From: a virus
Taxonomy: Duplodnaviria; Caudoviricetes
DNA length: 61,080 nucleotides
Virus record (IMG/VR): IMGVR_UViG_3300002092_001354
Coordinates: 1 to 61,080 of that record
Strand: one strand, 5' to 3'
Shown here: one piece after another, positions 42,313 through 51,969 of the stretch
Numbering within the stretch: position 1 is the stretch's first letter
Layout of the letters: every line of letters begins with the position of its first letter
Program-made: the position numbers and the translations under genes
Notes under the pieces: model-generated
Databases searched by the model: none
Told to the model about the DNA's origin: nothing
The model's input: the letters and a program-made list of their open reading frames with translations, nothing else

Positions 42313-42362
42313 ATTATATAAATATCATCAAATAATTAAAAAGTATAATTATTTATATTTTT

Positions 42363-43352
42363 TTATAAATCAAAATCTTCTTCTTCTGTTTCATCTAAAG
42401 TTATTTCTCCTGTCCCACTAAGAATTGCGTTCCAATAGTTTGCGTATTGTTTTTTATAATTATCTAAAGCAACTTTTGTATCAGAAATATATCCTTGAGG
42501 AACTGCTATTATTTTTCCATCCTTAAAAGCTATTCCTGTTACGTGATTTTTTAATATAGAAATTTTTGTTCTAACAGCGTAAGAGACCGTCCTACCATTT
42601 TTAGTTGCGGTAATATGATTTACACCTGATTTTTTTTGATTACCAAATAGAAAAACTAATGATGATGCTAGATATAATGCTTCTCCACCTTTAGGTTTAA
42701 TTTCCGGTTGACCAAAAGGTCCGTCTGCCAATAAAACCCAAGGTTGGTTGACCACGACTAAAGTATTATAATAAGGATAATCCTCTTTTTTAGATTTAGA
42801 AATTCTAGAATGAATCCCCATACCTATTTTATCCGCTAGCACTTTTGCATTAAACATACCCCCACCTTTTCCATCAAACGTCATTTGACACGGGATACTA
42901 CCGATTGAGTCCCATAAAAATACTATACTATAAGGAATTTCTCCCTTTTCTTGTGAATCTAAAACATCATTAATAAAATCTGTTGCCTGTTCAATAACAT
43001 CAAACGAATCATTAAAGATGAATTGACCATCCCATTCCCCATTTTCATTTTGTTCTGCTTGTAAACCTAATTCAACCGAGTGTTCCCAAGACCATTTTTT
43101 TTCTGTTATTATAAACACGGGTAAATGACCCTTTTTTTGAGCATCAACAGCCGCTAATATCATCGCAGTTGTTTTTGATGAGTTTGAATGTCCCAAGAAC
43201 ATATTAATACCCCCCATTACAGGTCCGGGTAAACCACAAGCATCCATAAAAGCCTCACCGCAGTTATAAAAACTTTCAGGTTTATATTTTGTTTTTGTAG
43301 AGAATTTACCCTTTATATCCTCTAACGAGAATGTTTTCTTTTTAATCGCCAT
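42363..43352 (-). CDS. RecA/UvsX-like recombinase
   Basis: GHSNSSKTT P-loop, VFLWDSIG, VVNQ, KGGEAL and KNHV. Confidence 0.85.
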   Translation of the reverse strand: MAIKKKTFSLEDIKGKFSTKTKYKPESFYNCGEAFMDACGLPGPVMGGINMFLGHSNSSKTTAMILAAVDAQKKGHLPVFIITEKKWSWEHSVELGLQAEQNENGEWDGQFIFNDSFDVIEQATDFINDVLDSQEKGEIPYSIVFLWDSIGSIPCQMTFDGKGGGMFNAKVLADKIGMGIHSRISKSKKEDYPYYNTLVVVNQPWVLLADGPFGQPEIKPKGGEALYLASSLVFLFGNQKKSGVNHITATKNGRTVSYAVRTKISILKNHVTGIAFKDGKIIAVPQGYISDTKVALDNYKKQYANYWNAILSGTGEITLDETEEEDFDL

Positions 43353-43444
43353 ATGTCCAAGTTAATTTAATTTTTTAATTTGTTTAGACAAGTTGGACAC
43401 TAAGTAGGTCTCAGTGTCCAAGTTATATGTCTAAGTTTGTTTGA

Positions 43445-44299
43445 TTAGAACGGCATATCATCTTCCGGTTCATCACCCGCTTGTGGGTCAATTGGTGCTG
43501 ATGGTTTAGAACCACCAAATGACATTTCATCCTCGTCAGAGTTACCATAATCGTAACCACCCTTGTCAGAGTTCCATTTTGGAGTTTCACCTCTTGCAAT
43601 CGCCTCTAAGTATTCAACAGGTTTTTTAGAGTAAACATCTTCCCAAGTTAACTCATCGTTAACCCAACTTTCAGAAAGTTTTGTGTCTTCGTGAATTGGA
43701 GCCGCATCATCATACATAACTGTCTGAATTACCGTGTAAACCGCCCCTTTTGGAGTTTTAGCTTTAGTTAATTCAAGGATAAGGTCTCTCCCTTTTTCAG
43801 GGTCAGCAATATCTCCTTTGTTTCTGTAGATAGGAATGATTTTGTCATAGATACCTTCATTTTTGTAGTTAGATTTAAATCTCCAAAATTTAACACCATC
43901 TTCTTCGTTATCTCTGTCGATAACTTTAACGATGTAAAATTTACGTGATAAGTAATTTGATGCCAATTTTTTATCTTCCTCTTTTCCTGTTGAACGAAGT
44001 TCTTCGTAAACTTCAGTTAAAGGTGAACGTTCATTGTCATTTTTTCCCGGGTCATAAAATTTTTGGAATTTTCCATCAACTTGAATCTCGTGGTACCAAA
44101 CTTCTTTAAATGGTGAAGAACCATCTGTAGTTGGTAAGATTCTTAATCTTCTTTGGCCTTGAGTTTCCTTATCTTGAAGGATTGCCGCGAAGTATTTTTT
44201 CATTCTTTCTTCTTGTGTGAATTTTGAGGTAGAAGAAGTACTACCTTGTTTAGCTTTCTCGTATTGAGCTAAAACTGCGTCTAATGAATTTGTCGCCAT
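43445..44299 (-). CDS. Single-stranded DNA-binding protein (T4 gp32-like)
   Basis: RLRILP..PFKEVWYH, VIDRDNEEDGVKFW, DPEKGRDL and an acidic tail ending DDMPF; adjacent to recA. Confidence 0.75.
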   Translation of the reverse strand: MATNSLDAVLAQYEKAKQGSTSSTSKFTQEERMKKYFAAILQDKETQGQRRLRILPTTDGSSPFKEVWYHEIQVDGKFQKFYDPGKNDNERSPLTEVYEELRSTGKEEDKKLASNYLSRKFYIVKVIDRDNEEDGVKFWRFKSNYKNEGIYDKIIPIYRNKGDIADPEKGRDLILELTKAKTPKGAVYTVIQTVMYDDAAPIHEDTKLSESWVNDELTWEDVYSKKPVEYLEAIARGETPKWNSDKGGYDYGNSDEDEMSFGGSKPSAPIDPQAGDEPEDDMPF

Positions 44300-44328
44300 A
44301 GTGTTTAAAATATTTAAAGGTTTATAAA

Positions 44329-44357
44329 AGTATAAGTGTCAGCCGTGTGTTTGTCAA
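44329..44357 (-). promoter_or_regulatory. Sigma70-type promoter for the replication operon
   Basis: The - strand reads TTGACA-N17-TATACT, ending about 30 nt upstream of the SSB start and just downstream of a terminator. Confidence 0.75.
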
Positions 44358-44367
44358 ATTGTTTTGT

Positions 44368-44394
44368 AAAAAAAAGATGGTCCTAAGACCATCT
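44368..44394 (-). terminator. Intrinsic terminator separating the structural and replication operons
   Basis: The - strand reads AGATGGTC-TTAG-GACCATCTTTTTTTT. Confidence 0.8.
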
Positions 44395-44396
44395 AT

Positions 44397-45068
44397 CTAT
44401 CTTAGTTGTTGAAATGATGATGGTTGTGTTTCGTCACCAAAATTTCTAAATGTTTTTTGTATTTCATTAGGAGAATAATCTTCAACATCGTTCTGAGTTA
44501 AAACATATTCATTTTTTCCTGATTTTTCCATATCATCTTCTTTATCATCAAAGAATTGACTTAATTTTTGATTGAATGGACCTGAATCTAATGTTCTTAA
44601 CTCCAATTTTTCTTGAGGAGTTTTTTCTCTGTATTTTTCAATCTTCATTTCTAAATCGTTTAATTTAGACATAATACCATCCATTTCACCGAGTTTACTT
44701 TCTAAACCATCTAAGTGTTTGAATAAGTTTTCAAAATACTCTTCTTGTTTTTCCTCAACTTTTTTCTGAGAATTAACTAAGTCAGTAATATCCATTTCTT
44801 CAGTATTACCTGATTTTTTTTCATCTTCCCCACCTATTTTTTCAACTTCAGTATCTGTTGTCAAATCAACAGGTTGTGGACCTGCAGGTGCCGCTGGAGC
44901 CGGAGGTACAACATTTGGGTCAGCAGGTGATGCTCCCGGTGCTGGTGGAAGAGCGTTTGGGTCTTCTGCCGGAGGTGGTGGTAATGTAGCCTCTTGTTCC
45001 GTAATATAACCATTAATTGAATTATATCTAGCAATTTCTTCTAAAATTCTATTATCTATTTTTCTCAT
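44397..45068 (-). CDS. Hypothetical acidic protein with a Pro/Ala-rich linker and coiled coil
   Basis: 223-aa ORF with PPPPAEDPNALPPAPGA and a heptad-like LDGLESKLGEMDGIMSKLNDLEMKI. Confidence 0.65.
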   Translation of the reverse strand: MRKIDNRILEEIARYNSINGYITEQEATLPPPPAEDPNALPPAPGASPADPNVVPPAPAAPAGPQPVDLTTDTEVEKIGGEDEKKSGNTEEMDITDLVNSQKKVEEKQEEYFENLFKHLDGLESKLGEMDGIMSKLNDLEMKIEKYREKTPQEKLELRTLDSGPFNQKLSQFFDDKEDDMEKSGKNEYVLTQNDVEDYSPNEIQKTFRNFGDETQPSSFQQLR

Positions 45069-45069
45069 T

Positions 45070-45294
45070 TTATCCGTTTAATAATTGTTTTACACCAGTT
45101 GTTGTTTCAACTTGTATTCTTCTATTTTGATTCATAGTATTGTCAACTCTTTCTATTAGACCATCTTTCATTCTAATTGTGTAACAATCACCTGATTCTA
45201 AATCACATACTTGTTTTGAACCGTTACCCATATCTTTTTCTGTAGTACGAGTTTTTTTACCTAAGTAATTTTCTAATAATGATTTTGTATCCAT
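45070..45294 (-). CDS. Small hypothetical protein
   Basis: 74 aa, preceded by GATATTTAT; contains CDLESGDC. Confidence 0.6.
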   Translation of the reverse strand: MDTKSLLENYLGKKTRTTEKDMGNGSKQVCDLESGDCYTIRMKDGLIERVDNTMNQNRRIQVETTTGVKQLLNG

Positions 45295-45333
45295 AATCTT
45301 TTTTATATATAAATATCTGTTTATTTGTAAATG

Positions 45334-48300
45334 TTAATAAATACCTGCAACCGGATTAAAAACGTTAATTGATTCCTGAACTCTACTTTCAATATTTAAT
45401 ATGTCAGTATCATTCATTTTTGTATACTCATCTTCATTATCCGGAATGCCATTATCCGAATATAATATTAAGAACTTAGTAATTTCTTTAGCGTCCACAC
45501 TTTTAATCATACTAACTCTATTTGTATATCTTTCAATTAAAAAATTAATATGGTCTTTAAAAGTATCAAAGAATACATACGGTGTTTGAACTTTACCATC
45601 GGTAGAATTACTTGAATCACAATAATATTTTTTAATAAAATACTTATCACCTGTTGCACCCCACTTTGATGTCAAATCAGTACCACTATAATTACTCGCT
45701 TTAGTTTGTAGTTTAGAACCGTTTGATGAACTTAGATACATTTTAGCAAAAATAGCATATCTAATTTTATTATTTGTATTATTTGTTGTTATATATGTAA
45801 TAACATCAGAATAATTAACATATGTTGTTAACGGTGTTTCAACAATGTACTTATTATAGTAATTATTTGGTACACAAGTTTGAGTATTATCACTTTTAGT
45901 TCCACTTGGTTTAGTTAATTTATTAACTTTATCAGCAGTTTTTGTTTTAATATTTGTAGTTTTGGTAGTACCTGTTGACGATGCTTTTTCCTTATCAGCC
46001 TTTTCTTGAGCAACTTTATCAATAATTGTTTTTAACAATGTTGTTTTAAGAGATTGTAGATAATTTTCAACTTTAGGTAATGACGCTGTCGGTTGTCTAA
46101 TACCTTCAATAACTGTTTCAAAATGACCGGGATTAATTGTGTGATTAACACTTGTAATCATATATGGACCACTAAACATTGGAACATTTCTTAAATTAAA
46201 ATACATTGTTGGTTGTATTATCGCATTTCCCATCATTATTATTGTACAAGAATAACTTCTGTTTTTATAAACGTTATATAATGAAGTACTTTGTGTTGAA
46301 CCTCCTCTGTTACCGGATTGGTTTGCCATTTGATTAATAACCTCTAAAGATTCCGCTGTTGATTTACCGGGATTTTGGGACACATTAAACCCTTGAAATA
46401 TTGATTGATTTTGTGGTCCAATATCCACATTAAACCCAACCACTTTGTTTGATTTATCCCAATCTTTTTTTCCAATTTGGTTTTCCAATAATGGATTGTC
46501 ACTGGCTCTTCTTAAATCAAACGCGTCATTTCTAAAACGATAATCAACGTTATTTTTTAAATCTAATTGTTCACTTCCTTTTCCACCATAGAAACAAACC
46601 ATTTTTGCCGATGAATTTCTATAATCAACATTTAAAAAAGTACCAAACATTGTGTTAGCAAACTCTAAAGTTCCCTCAGGATTTGGTTTAGCGTTTTTAA
46701 CAGCATCTTGAACATTATAAAAATTAATATATGATGGAATATTCATAACGACAAAATTATTCTCAACTAAGATTGTTTGAACATAATTTAACATATTTGA
46801 CTTAACATTGATATCAGTTAATCTATCTTTTAACTTAATAACATCCACTAATATCTTATCCCCAACGTCACGACTTGCTCTATCCAATAATAAGATATCT
46901 TCAAATAATGTTTTTGTTTTAAAATCATTTCCAGCAATCCATTTATCGTTTGTCGCTTTAAATGACTCCCATAATTCCACTTTACTTTGTGGACTATCTA
47001 ATACACTTGTTGTTTTTTCTTGAGGAGTATCATTAACATTTGGCAACTCTTTTTGGAGTTTAATCATCAGATTATCTAATATCTTTTTGTTGAATGAGTC
47101 TATACCATTTAAATAATTGTTAATTAATATAATGAATTTACTGTAATTTAATGTTGGGTCTTTTAATTTTTGAGTAGCATAGACTTTAATTATTGGGTAT
47201 AAATTAGTTATACTTTCAACAGTAAAAGCAACATTACAATCAATAAAAAAATCGGTTATATATGAACCACTATCTTTATATGTTAATTCAGGTATGTCAG
47301 AAAATCCAACATATGTTCTCAAAGCATTCCAAGCACTTGGATATGTTGTTTGTGATAACGCTAATGTTGTTTGACTTGGTAAACCATTCGGTGTATTAGG
47401 AACATAATAATCCCAAGTAAAAGGTGATGTTATATTGTGTTTTGAAAATGTGTAAAACAACCTTTTGTCAAACCCTCCCGGATTACCATATTTAAACACA
47501 ATATCGTAATTTAAAAATTGCGTTATAAGATTTGATAAATTAGTTAATTGTCTTGTTTGAATATCTGTAACAGTACCATCACTACCTAACCCATTAACTG
47601 TCGGTACAATCATCATACTTGTCATTAATTTTTGAAAATTACTAAATGACTTATCAGTTTCCGTATCCACCTCTGAATCATCTTCATCAAAACTATATAT
47701 TGATTTAGAAAATTCTAAAAATTTAGTTTCAAACTTATCTAATATGTTTTTTTCAAAAACTGAAAACATTTCACTAATATTTGTGTAATCATCACTAACA
47801 CCATTAAACGAATAATTTTGTTGAGCACTTTGACCTGAAAACACTTGTTTTAAGTATTGACTAGGCGTTGGTTTAACTAATTTTGTGTTATCAAAATAAC
47901 CATAGTTTGGTGCCGACCAAAATAATCTAATAGAACCGTTATACATAGATGTATTACCTGTAACTTCAATTTTTATATCTCCATTAGAACTAAAACATTC
48001 ATTAAATGTTTGATTAAATAACGACCCTTGTGATGGTATAATATAGGATGAAACTTTGTCCGGTGTCTTAACTGACACTGACCAGGGTATCACTTTAATA
48101 AATCCATTATCAACACCTTTCCCGTTAATAACACTATCCTCAACACTATTTAATGTTACTCCCCTATTAAACCCATTTTGGATATCTGTATTTGTAAATC
48201 CTGAGTAAACCTCAAACCCTTGATAAAAGACATTAAAATCGTTAATTAATTTTGGGTAAAACCCTGTATTAATTGTTGTAGTATTTACAGACGGAGGAGT

Positions 48301-51300
48301 AAAAAATAACGGAATGGTCGAACTTACAGTATTTTGTAATACAACACTAGTCACACCTGTTTGACCAGGAATTGTGAATGTATATTTTTTAGTTGGGTCC
48401 GAACTAACAGGGTCATAATTTATATTAGCATCAAAATTTTTCCAACAATTATCTAAAATATCCACACCATTATTTGTGTATGTTTTATATCTATTCCATA
48501 TAGACCCTATTTTTAATATCCAAGCGTAAGGCATTTTATGAACAGCACCAAATTTCTTTAATGTTGCAAAAAGGTAATCCAAATCTTTTTGAACACCCCC
48601 TTCGTATGTTTTTGATTTTTCACGTAAAGTCGTTAACGGCAAACTATTTAAAAACAAATATGCTGACGAAACATATGGATATAACTCATTATTCTTAAAT
48701 TTATTAACCCCCTCTTGAATTGAGTTAATAAAATAAGGAGTATTAAACATTGATGTTGTTTGATATGTACTTACACCACCACTATAATTATGATACACAA
48801 TATCTCCCTCAGTTGGTAATTGAACATCGTAAGTTCTTGTACTATAGAAATTACTTAAATTAGTTTTATCCACCACCGGAGTGACAATTGTTTTATAAAC
48901 AAAATTTGTTATTGGTCTATTCGCATCAACTGATTGAGTGTCTGTGAAATTTGAAATAATTTTTTTATTTAAATTGTACGTTAAACCTTTGGTTGTGTTA
49001 AACGCTAATTTATAGTCTAAACTACTACCATTAGCCAATCCACCCTGAATCCATTTTGTATTTGTAAACGGATATGTATCTTCCAAGTCAACATCATTAG
49101 AGGTTGTTGAATTAGTAATATATTGAACCACTAAATTCTCATTATTTAAAGAAACTAATGGTTGGGATATACTCTCGTTTAAGACATCAGAACTAATAAA
49201 TTCAAATCCGGCATTTTCAACAATATTCTTAATATATCCTGTATTAAAAATACCTCGTATGTAGTTTTGCCAGCTTTCACCTATACCTTCATTTGAAATA
49301 TGTTTTAAAACACTTTCAAAATTTGTACCATTAAACCCATACTCTTTTAATTTTTTGATTAAAAATGGATTATCTGTACCTAAACTATTTTTGATGTTAA
49401 TTGTTTCACCGTCCGCAATTATATTTGTAATATTATTTGTATCACCAACATTATTGGTCACTCTACTTAATCTTGAGTAATGAGAACTAAAGAAAACTCT
49501 TTCATATATTTCATAGAAAAATTTAACATCTTCTTTATTATTAAAAACCGCATTACTTATAGGAAATTCAATAGCATTTAATGAAACTCTCTTAGGTTCC
49601 GTTAAACTATTTGATGTTGGTGCCACCGGAGATGGAGGACTTTCTCTTTGTACAAAGGCTCTTAAAAATTCTTCAACAAACTCTATTTCAGGCCAAACAT
49701 CATTTAAAAACCCTTTTGTTTCTCCAATAATATCATTATCTCCAGGATATCTTAACTCATATTTTTCTTGACCATTTTCCCCTGTTGTTTCTTTAATAAC
49801 TTGAGGCCAAGGATAAACAGGTTGATTTACATCATCACCCGAATTTTTATTATCTGCACTTGCTCCCGCAATTTGTTTATTAAAAATAACATTCTTTCTA
49901 ATCTTATTATCTCTTTGTTCCCAAGCCTTTGTGTGAACATCATCCATTAAACGTAAGAAGGCCTCACCGTTAGCAAAAACAACAGCAAGTACATTCCTAA
50001 TTGTCGGAACAAACCCAATACCATTATCTTTACTCTGTAATAATTCAGACAACGCAATGGTCAATTTTTCTTGAATCTCTTCTCTTTTTGTTTTTAAATC
50101 TTTACTAATTTTATCAATCAAATCGATAAATTTACCTGTACCCTCAAAAATAAAATAATCATAATTTATTTGTTTCCCACCATCAGTATTTGTTATGTCT
50201 AAACTATTAAAAATATTATTTTTAATTAAGTCTGATTTAAAATTACTAATATCTAAGTCCGTAGGTTGACTTGATTTTTTTTGAGCTTTATATGATTCAA
50301 CAAAGTCAATATCGTTTGCTTGAACTTGTTTTGTAAATATTTTATATTCAATACTATTTGGTATACTACAAGGGGTTTCCTTACCACTAATAGTATATTT
50401 ACCATTTGTCCCACAAGTTTTATTACCCGCCAATAATGCGTTATACTTATCAAGCAAACCTTTAAGTTTAGTTATCGCATCACTTCTTTTTTGTGATGTG
50501 TTAATTTCTGCTTTAAATGTATAAACTCTTGAACCCCCATTTTTTAAAATAAAAAAATTCTCACTATCCATATAGGTATTAAACCAAGATTGTGGTGTGT
50601 AATAAAACACATTACCTTGATAATCCTGTAAATTACCGTTATATGTGTCTAAATCCGTTAATGGGTCTAAATTTTGTTTAGTAAAGGAATCTAGAATATT
50701 TTTAATAAAATTCTCAATTCTTTCTTTCATTTGCATTAAAGTAATCTCCGGAAAATCATCAGGTATCATACCTTTTGATTTATACTCACTATATAATTCT
50801 CTAATTTTTTGATACCCTCTTTCAACCACTAAATCTTCAACTTTTGATTTTGAACTACCACCTTTAGTTGATTGAACTTTTAATCTTGATTGATACATAT
50901 GTGGGGTAGCCATTAAAGCACCCATAGTAACTTCAGCCAACACAGTATATTTGTAAGTGTAAAAAGTTAAATCTACGTTGAAATTACCATCAGCAGCATT
51001 ATAAGTTGTTGTAAAGTTTTGCAACATTAACCCCAATCTAACCGCTTTACCATAATAACCTTTAATTGTTAAATAAAACAAAGGATATGGTAAATTAAAG
51101 AAGGCCGCGTATGGTGAGTTATCCCCACCTTCAAATAAGGCTCTTCCTTTAATATCAACTAACCTCATAGAGATTGTAGGTAAAAAATCTAACCCTTGAC
51201 GAACATTAATTGAGACAATACCTAATAACCCATTATCAACCGAACCTGCTTTACCATTTGAGTTCATTGTTTGGGTTATATAATAATCATCACTATTATT

Positions 51301-51651
51301 TGGATTCTGTATTGAATTTAGTTTTGGTTGATTAACACCGTTACCCTTAATAGTATCTTTACCTGTTAATTCGTCAGTATATGAATTATCCAATTTACCT
51401 TTATTACCAGGATTTAAAAAATTAATCTTAGCAATAGAGACTGTCCTAATTGAGTCGTTATTTGCAGTACCAATAGCCAACTTAGTTCTTGGTAATAAAT
51501 TACACTCTAAGTTTGCATACATTACCAAATCTTCTTGACGAACATATCTTTCTTTTACATTTTTATCCGCATCAACAACCTTATTTGGGTCTATAATTGT
51601 TATGTTATTGTAATCAAATTCTACTAATATATTTTCTGACCTATCTACCAT
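45334..51651 (-). CDS. Giant baseplate hub protein (gp27 / P2 gpD-like termini)
   Basis: N-terminal LGIVSINV..LVDIKGRALF..FYLTIKGYYG; C-proximal MMGNAIIQPTMYFNL..SGPYMITSVNHTINPGHFETVIEG; follows the LysM-like gene. Confidence 0.65.
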   Translation of the reverse strand: MVDRSENILVEFDYNNITIIDPNKVVDADKNVKERYVRQEDLVMYANLECNLLPRTKLAIGTANNDSIRTVSIAKINFLNPGNKGKLDNSYTDELTGKDTIKGNGVNQPKLNSIQNPNNSDDYYITQTMNSNGKAGSVDNGLLGIVSINVRQGLDFLPTISMRLVDIKGRALFEGGDNSPYAAFFNLPYPLFYLTIKGYYGKAVRLGLMLQNFTTTYNAADGNFNVDLTFYTYKYTVLAEVTMGALMATPHMYQSRLKVQSTKGGSSKSKVEDLVVERGYQKIRELYSEYKSKGMIPDDFPEITLMQMKERIENFIKNILDSFTKQNLDPLTDLDTYNGNLQDYQGNVFYYTPQSWFNTYMDSENFFILKNGGSRVYTFKAEINTSQKRSDAITKLKGLLDKYNALLAGNKTCGTNGKYTISGKETPCSIPNSIEYKIFTKQVQANDIDFVESYKAQKKSSQPTDLDISNFKSDLIKNNIFNSLDITNTDGGKQINYDYFIFEGTGKFIDLIDKISKDLKTKREEIQEKLTIALSELLQSKDNGIGFVPTIRNVLAVVFANGEAFLRLMDDVHTKAWEQRDNKIRKNVIFNKQIAGASADNKNSGDDVNQPVYPWPQVIKETTGENGQEKYELRYPGDNDIIGETKGFLNDVWPEIEFVEEFLRAFVQRESPPSPVAPTSNSLTEPKRVSLNAIEFPISNAVFNNKEDVKFFYEIYERVFFSSHYSRLSRVTNNVGDTNNITNIIADGETINIKNSLGTDNPFLIKKLKEYGFNGTNFESVLKHISNEGIGESWQNYIRGIFNTGYIKNIVENAGFEFISSDVLNESISQPLVSLNNENLVVQYITNSTTSNDVDLEDTYPFTNTKWIQGGLANGSSLDYKLAFNTTKGLTYNLNKKIISNFTDTQSVDANRPITNFVYKTIVTPVVDKTNLSNFYSTRTYDVQLPTEGDIVYHNYSGGVSTYQTTSMFNTPYFINSIQEGVNKFKNNELYPYVSSAYLFLNSLPLTTLREKSKTYEGGVQKDLDYLFATLKKFGAVHKMPYAWILKIGSIWNRYKTYTNNGVDILDNCWKNFDANINYDPVSSDPTKKYTFTIPGQTGVTSVVLQNTVSSTIPLFFTPPSVNTTTINTGFYPKLINDFNVFYQGFEVYSGFTNTDIQNGFNRGVTLNSVEDSVINGKGVDNGFIKVIPWSVSVKTPDKVSSYIIPSQGSLFNQTFNECFSSNGDIKIEVTGNTSMYNGSIRLFWSAPNYGYFDNTKLVKPTPSQYLKQVFSGQSAQQNYSFNGVSDDYTNISEMFSVFEKNILDKFETKFLEFSKSIYSFDEDDSEVDTETDKSFSNFQKLMTSMMIVPTVNGLGSDGTVTDIQTRQLTNLSNLITQFLNYDIVFKYGNPGGFDKRLFYTFSKHNITSPFTWDYYVPNTPNGLPSQTTLALSQTTYPSAWNALRTYVGFSDIPELTYKDSGSYITDFFIDCNVAFTVESITNLYPIIKVYATQKLKDPTLNYSKFIILINNYLNGIDSFNKKILDNLMIKLQKELPNVNDTPQEKTTSVLDSPQSKVELWESFKATNDKWIAGNDFKTKTLFEDILLLDRASRDVGDKILVDVIKLKDRLTDINVKSNMLNYVQTILVENNFVVMNIPSYINFYNVQDAVKNAKPNPEGTLEFANTMFGTFLNVDYRNSSAKMVCFYGGKGSEQLDLKNNVDYRFRNDAFDLRRASDNPLLENQIGKKDWDKSNKVVGFNVDIGPQNQSIFQGFNVSQNPGKSTAESLEVINQMANQSGNRGGSTQSTSLYNVYKNRSYSCTIIMMGNAIIQPTMYFNLRNVPMFSGPYMITSVNHTINPGHFETVIEGIRQPTASLPKVENYLQSLKTTLLKTIIDKVAQEKADKEKASSTGTTKTTNIKTKTADKVNKLTKPSGTKSDNTQTCVPNNYYNKYIVETPLTTYVNYSDVITYITTNNTNNKIRYAIFAKMYLSSSNGSKLQTKASNYSGTDLTSKWGATGDKYFIKKYYCDSSNSTDGKVQTPYVFFDTFKDHINFLIERYTNRVSMIKSVDAKEITKFLILYSDNGIPDNEDEYTKMNDTDILNIESRVQESINVFNPVAGIY

Positions 51652-51967
51652 AATAAAAAAAGTGGTTATCTAATTCGTTTTTATAATCTTGTAGAGAGGC
51701 AACCAAAGGAAATGGGATAGTCAAGATAGCACCATCCGGAATAGACCATTCTTCACACCCATATGCCGTGTTTGCAGCAAGTATTAACCACCCAAATGTA
51801 GGTGAGTTATAGTATTGTTGTGAGATTTTATCCATTCTAGACTGACCTAATTTATAAATGAATCTCTTATCTGTTGATTTATTTGGCAACGGAACGTGGG
51901 GAACAATAGTTTGTTCCCCATTTAATAAAAATTCGTTATACCTGTTGTAATTTTGTCTTCCCACCAT
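51641..51967 (-). CDS. LysM / tail-X-like baseplate protein
   Basis: RMDKISQQYYNSPTFGWLILAAN..IPDGAILTIP. Confidence 0.75.
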   Translation of the reverse strand: MVGRQNYNRYNEFLLNGEQTIVPHVPLPNKSTDKRFIYKLGQSRMDKISQQYYNSPTFGWLILAANTAYGCEEWSIPDGAILTIPFPLVASLQDYKNELDNHFFYYGR

Positions 51968-51969
51968 TT

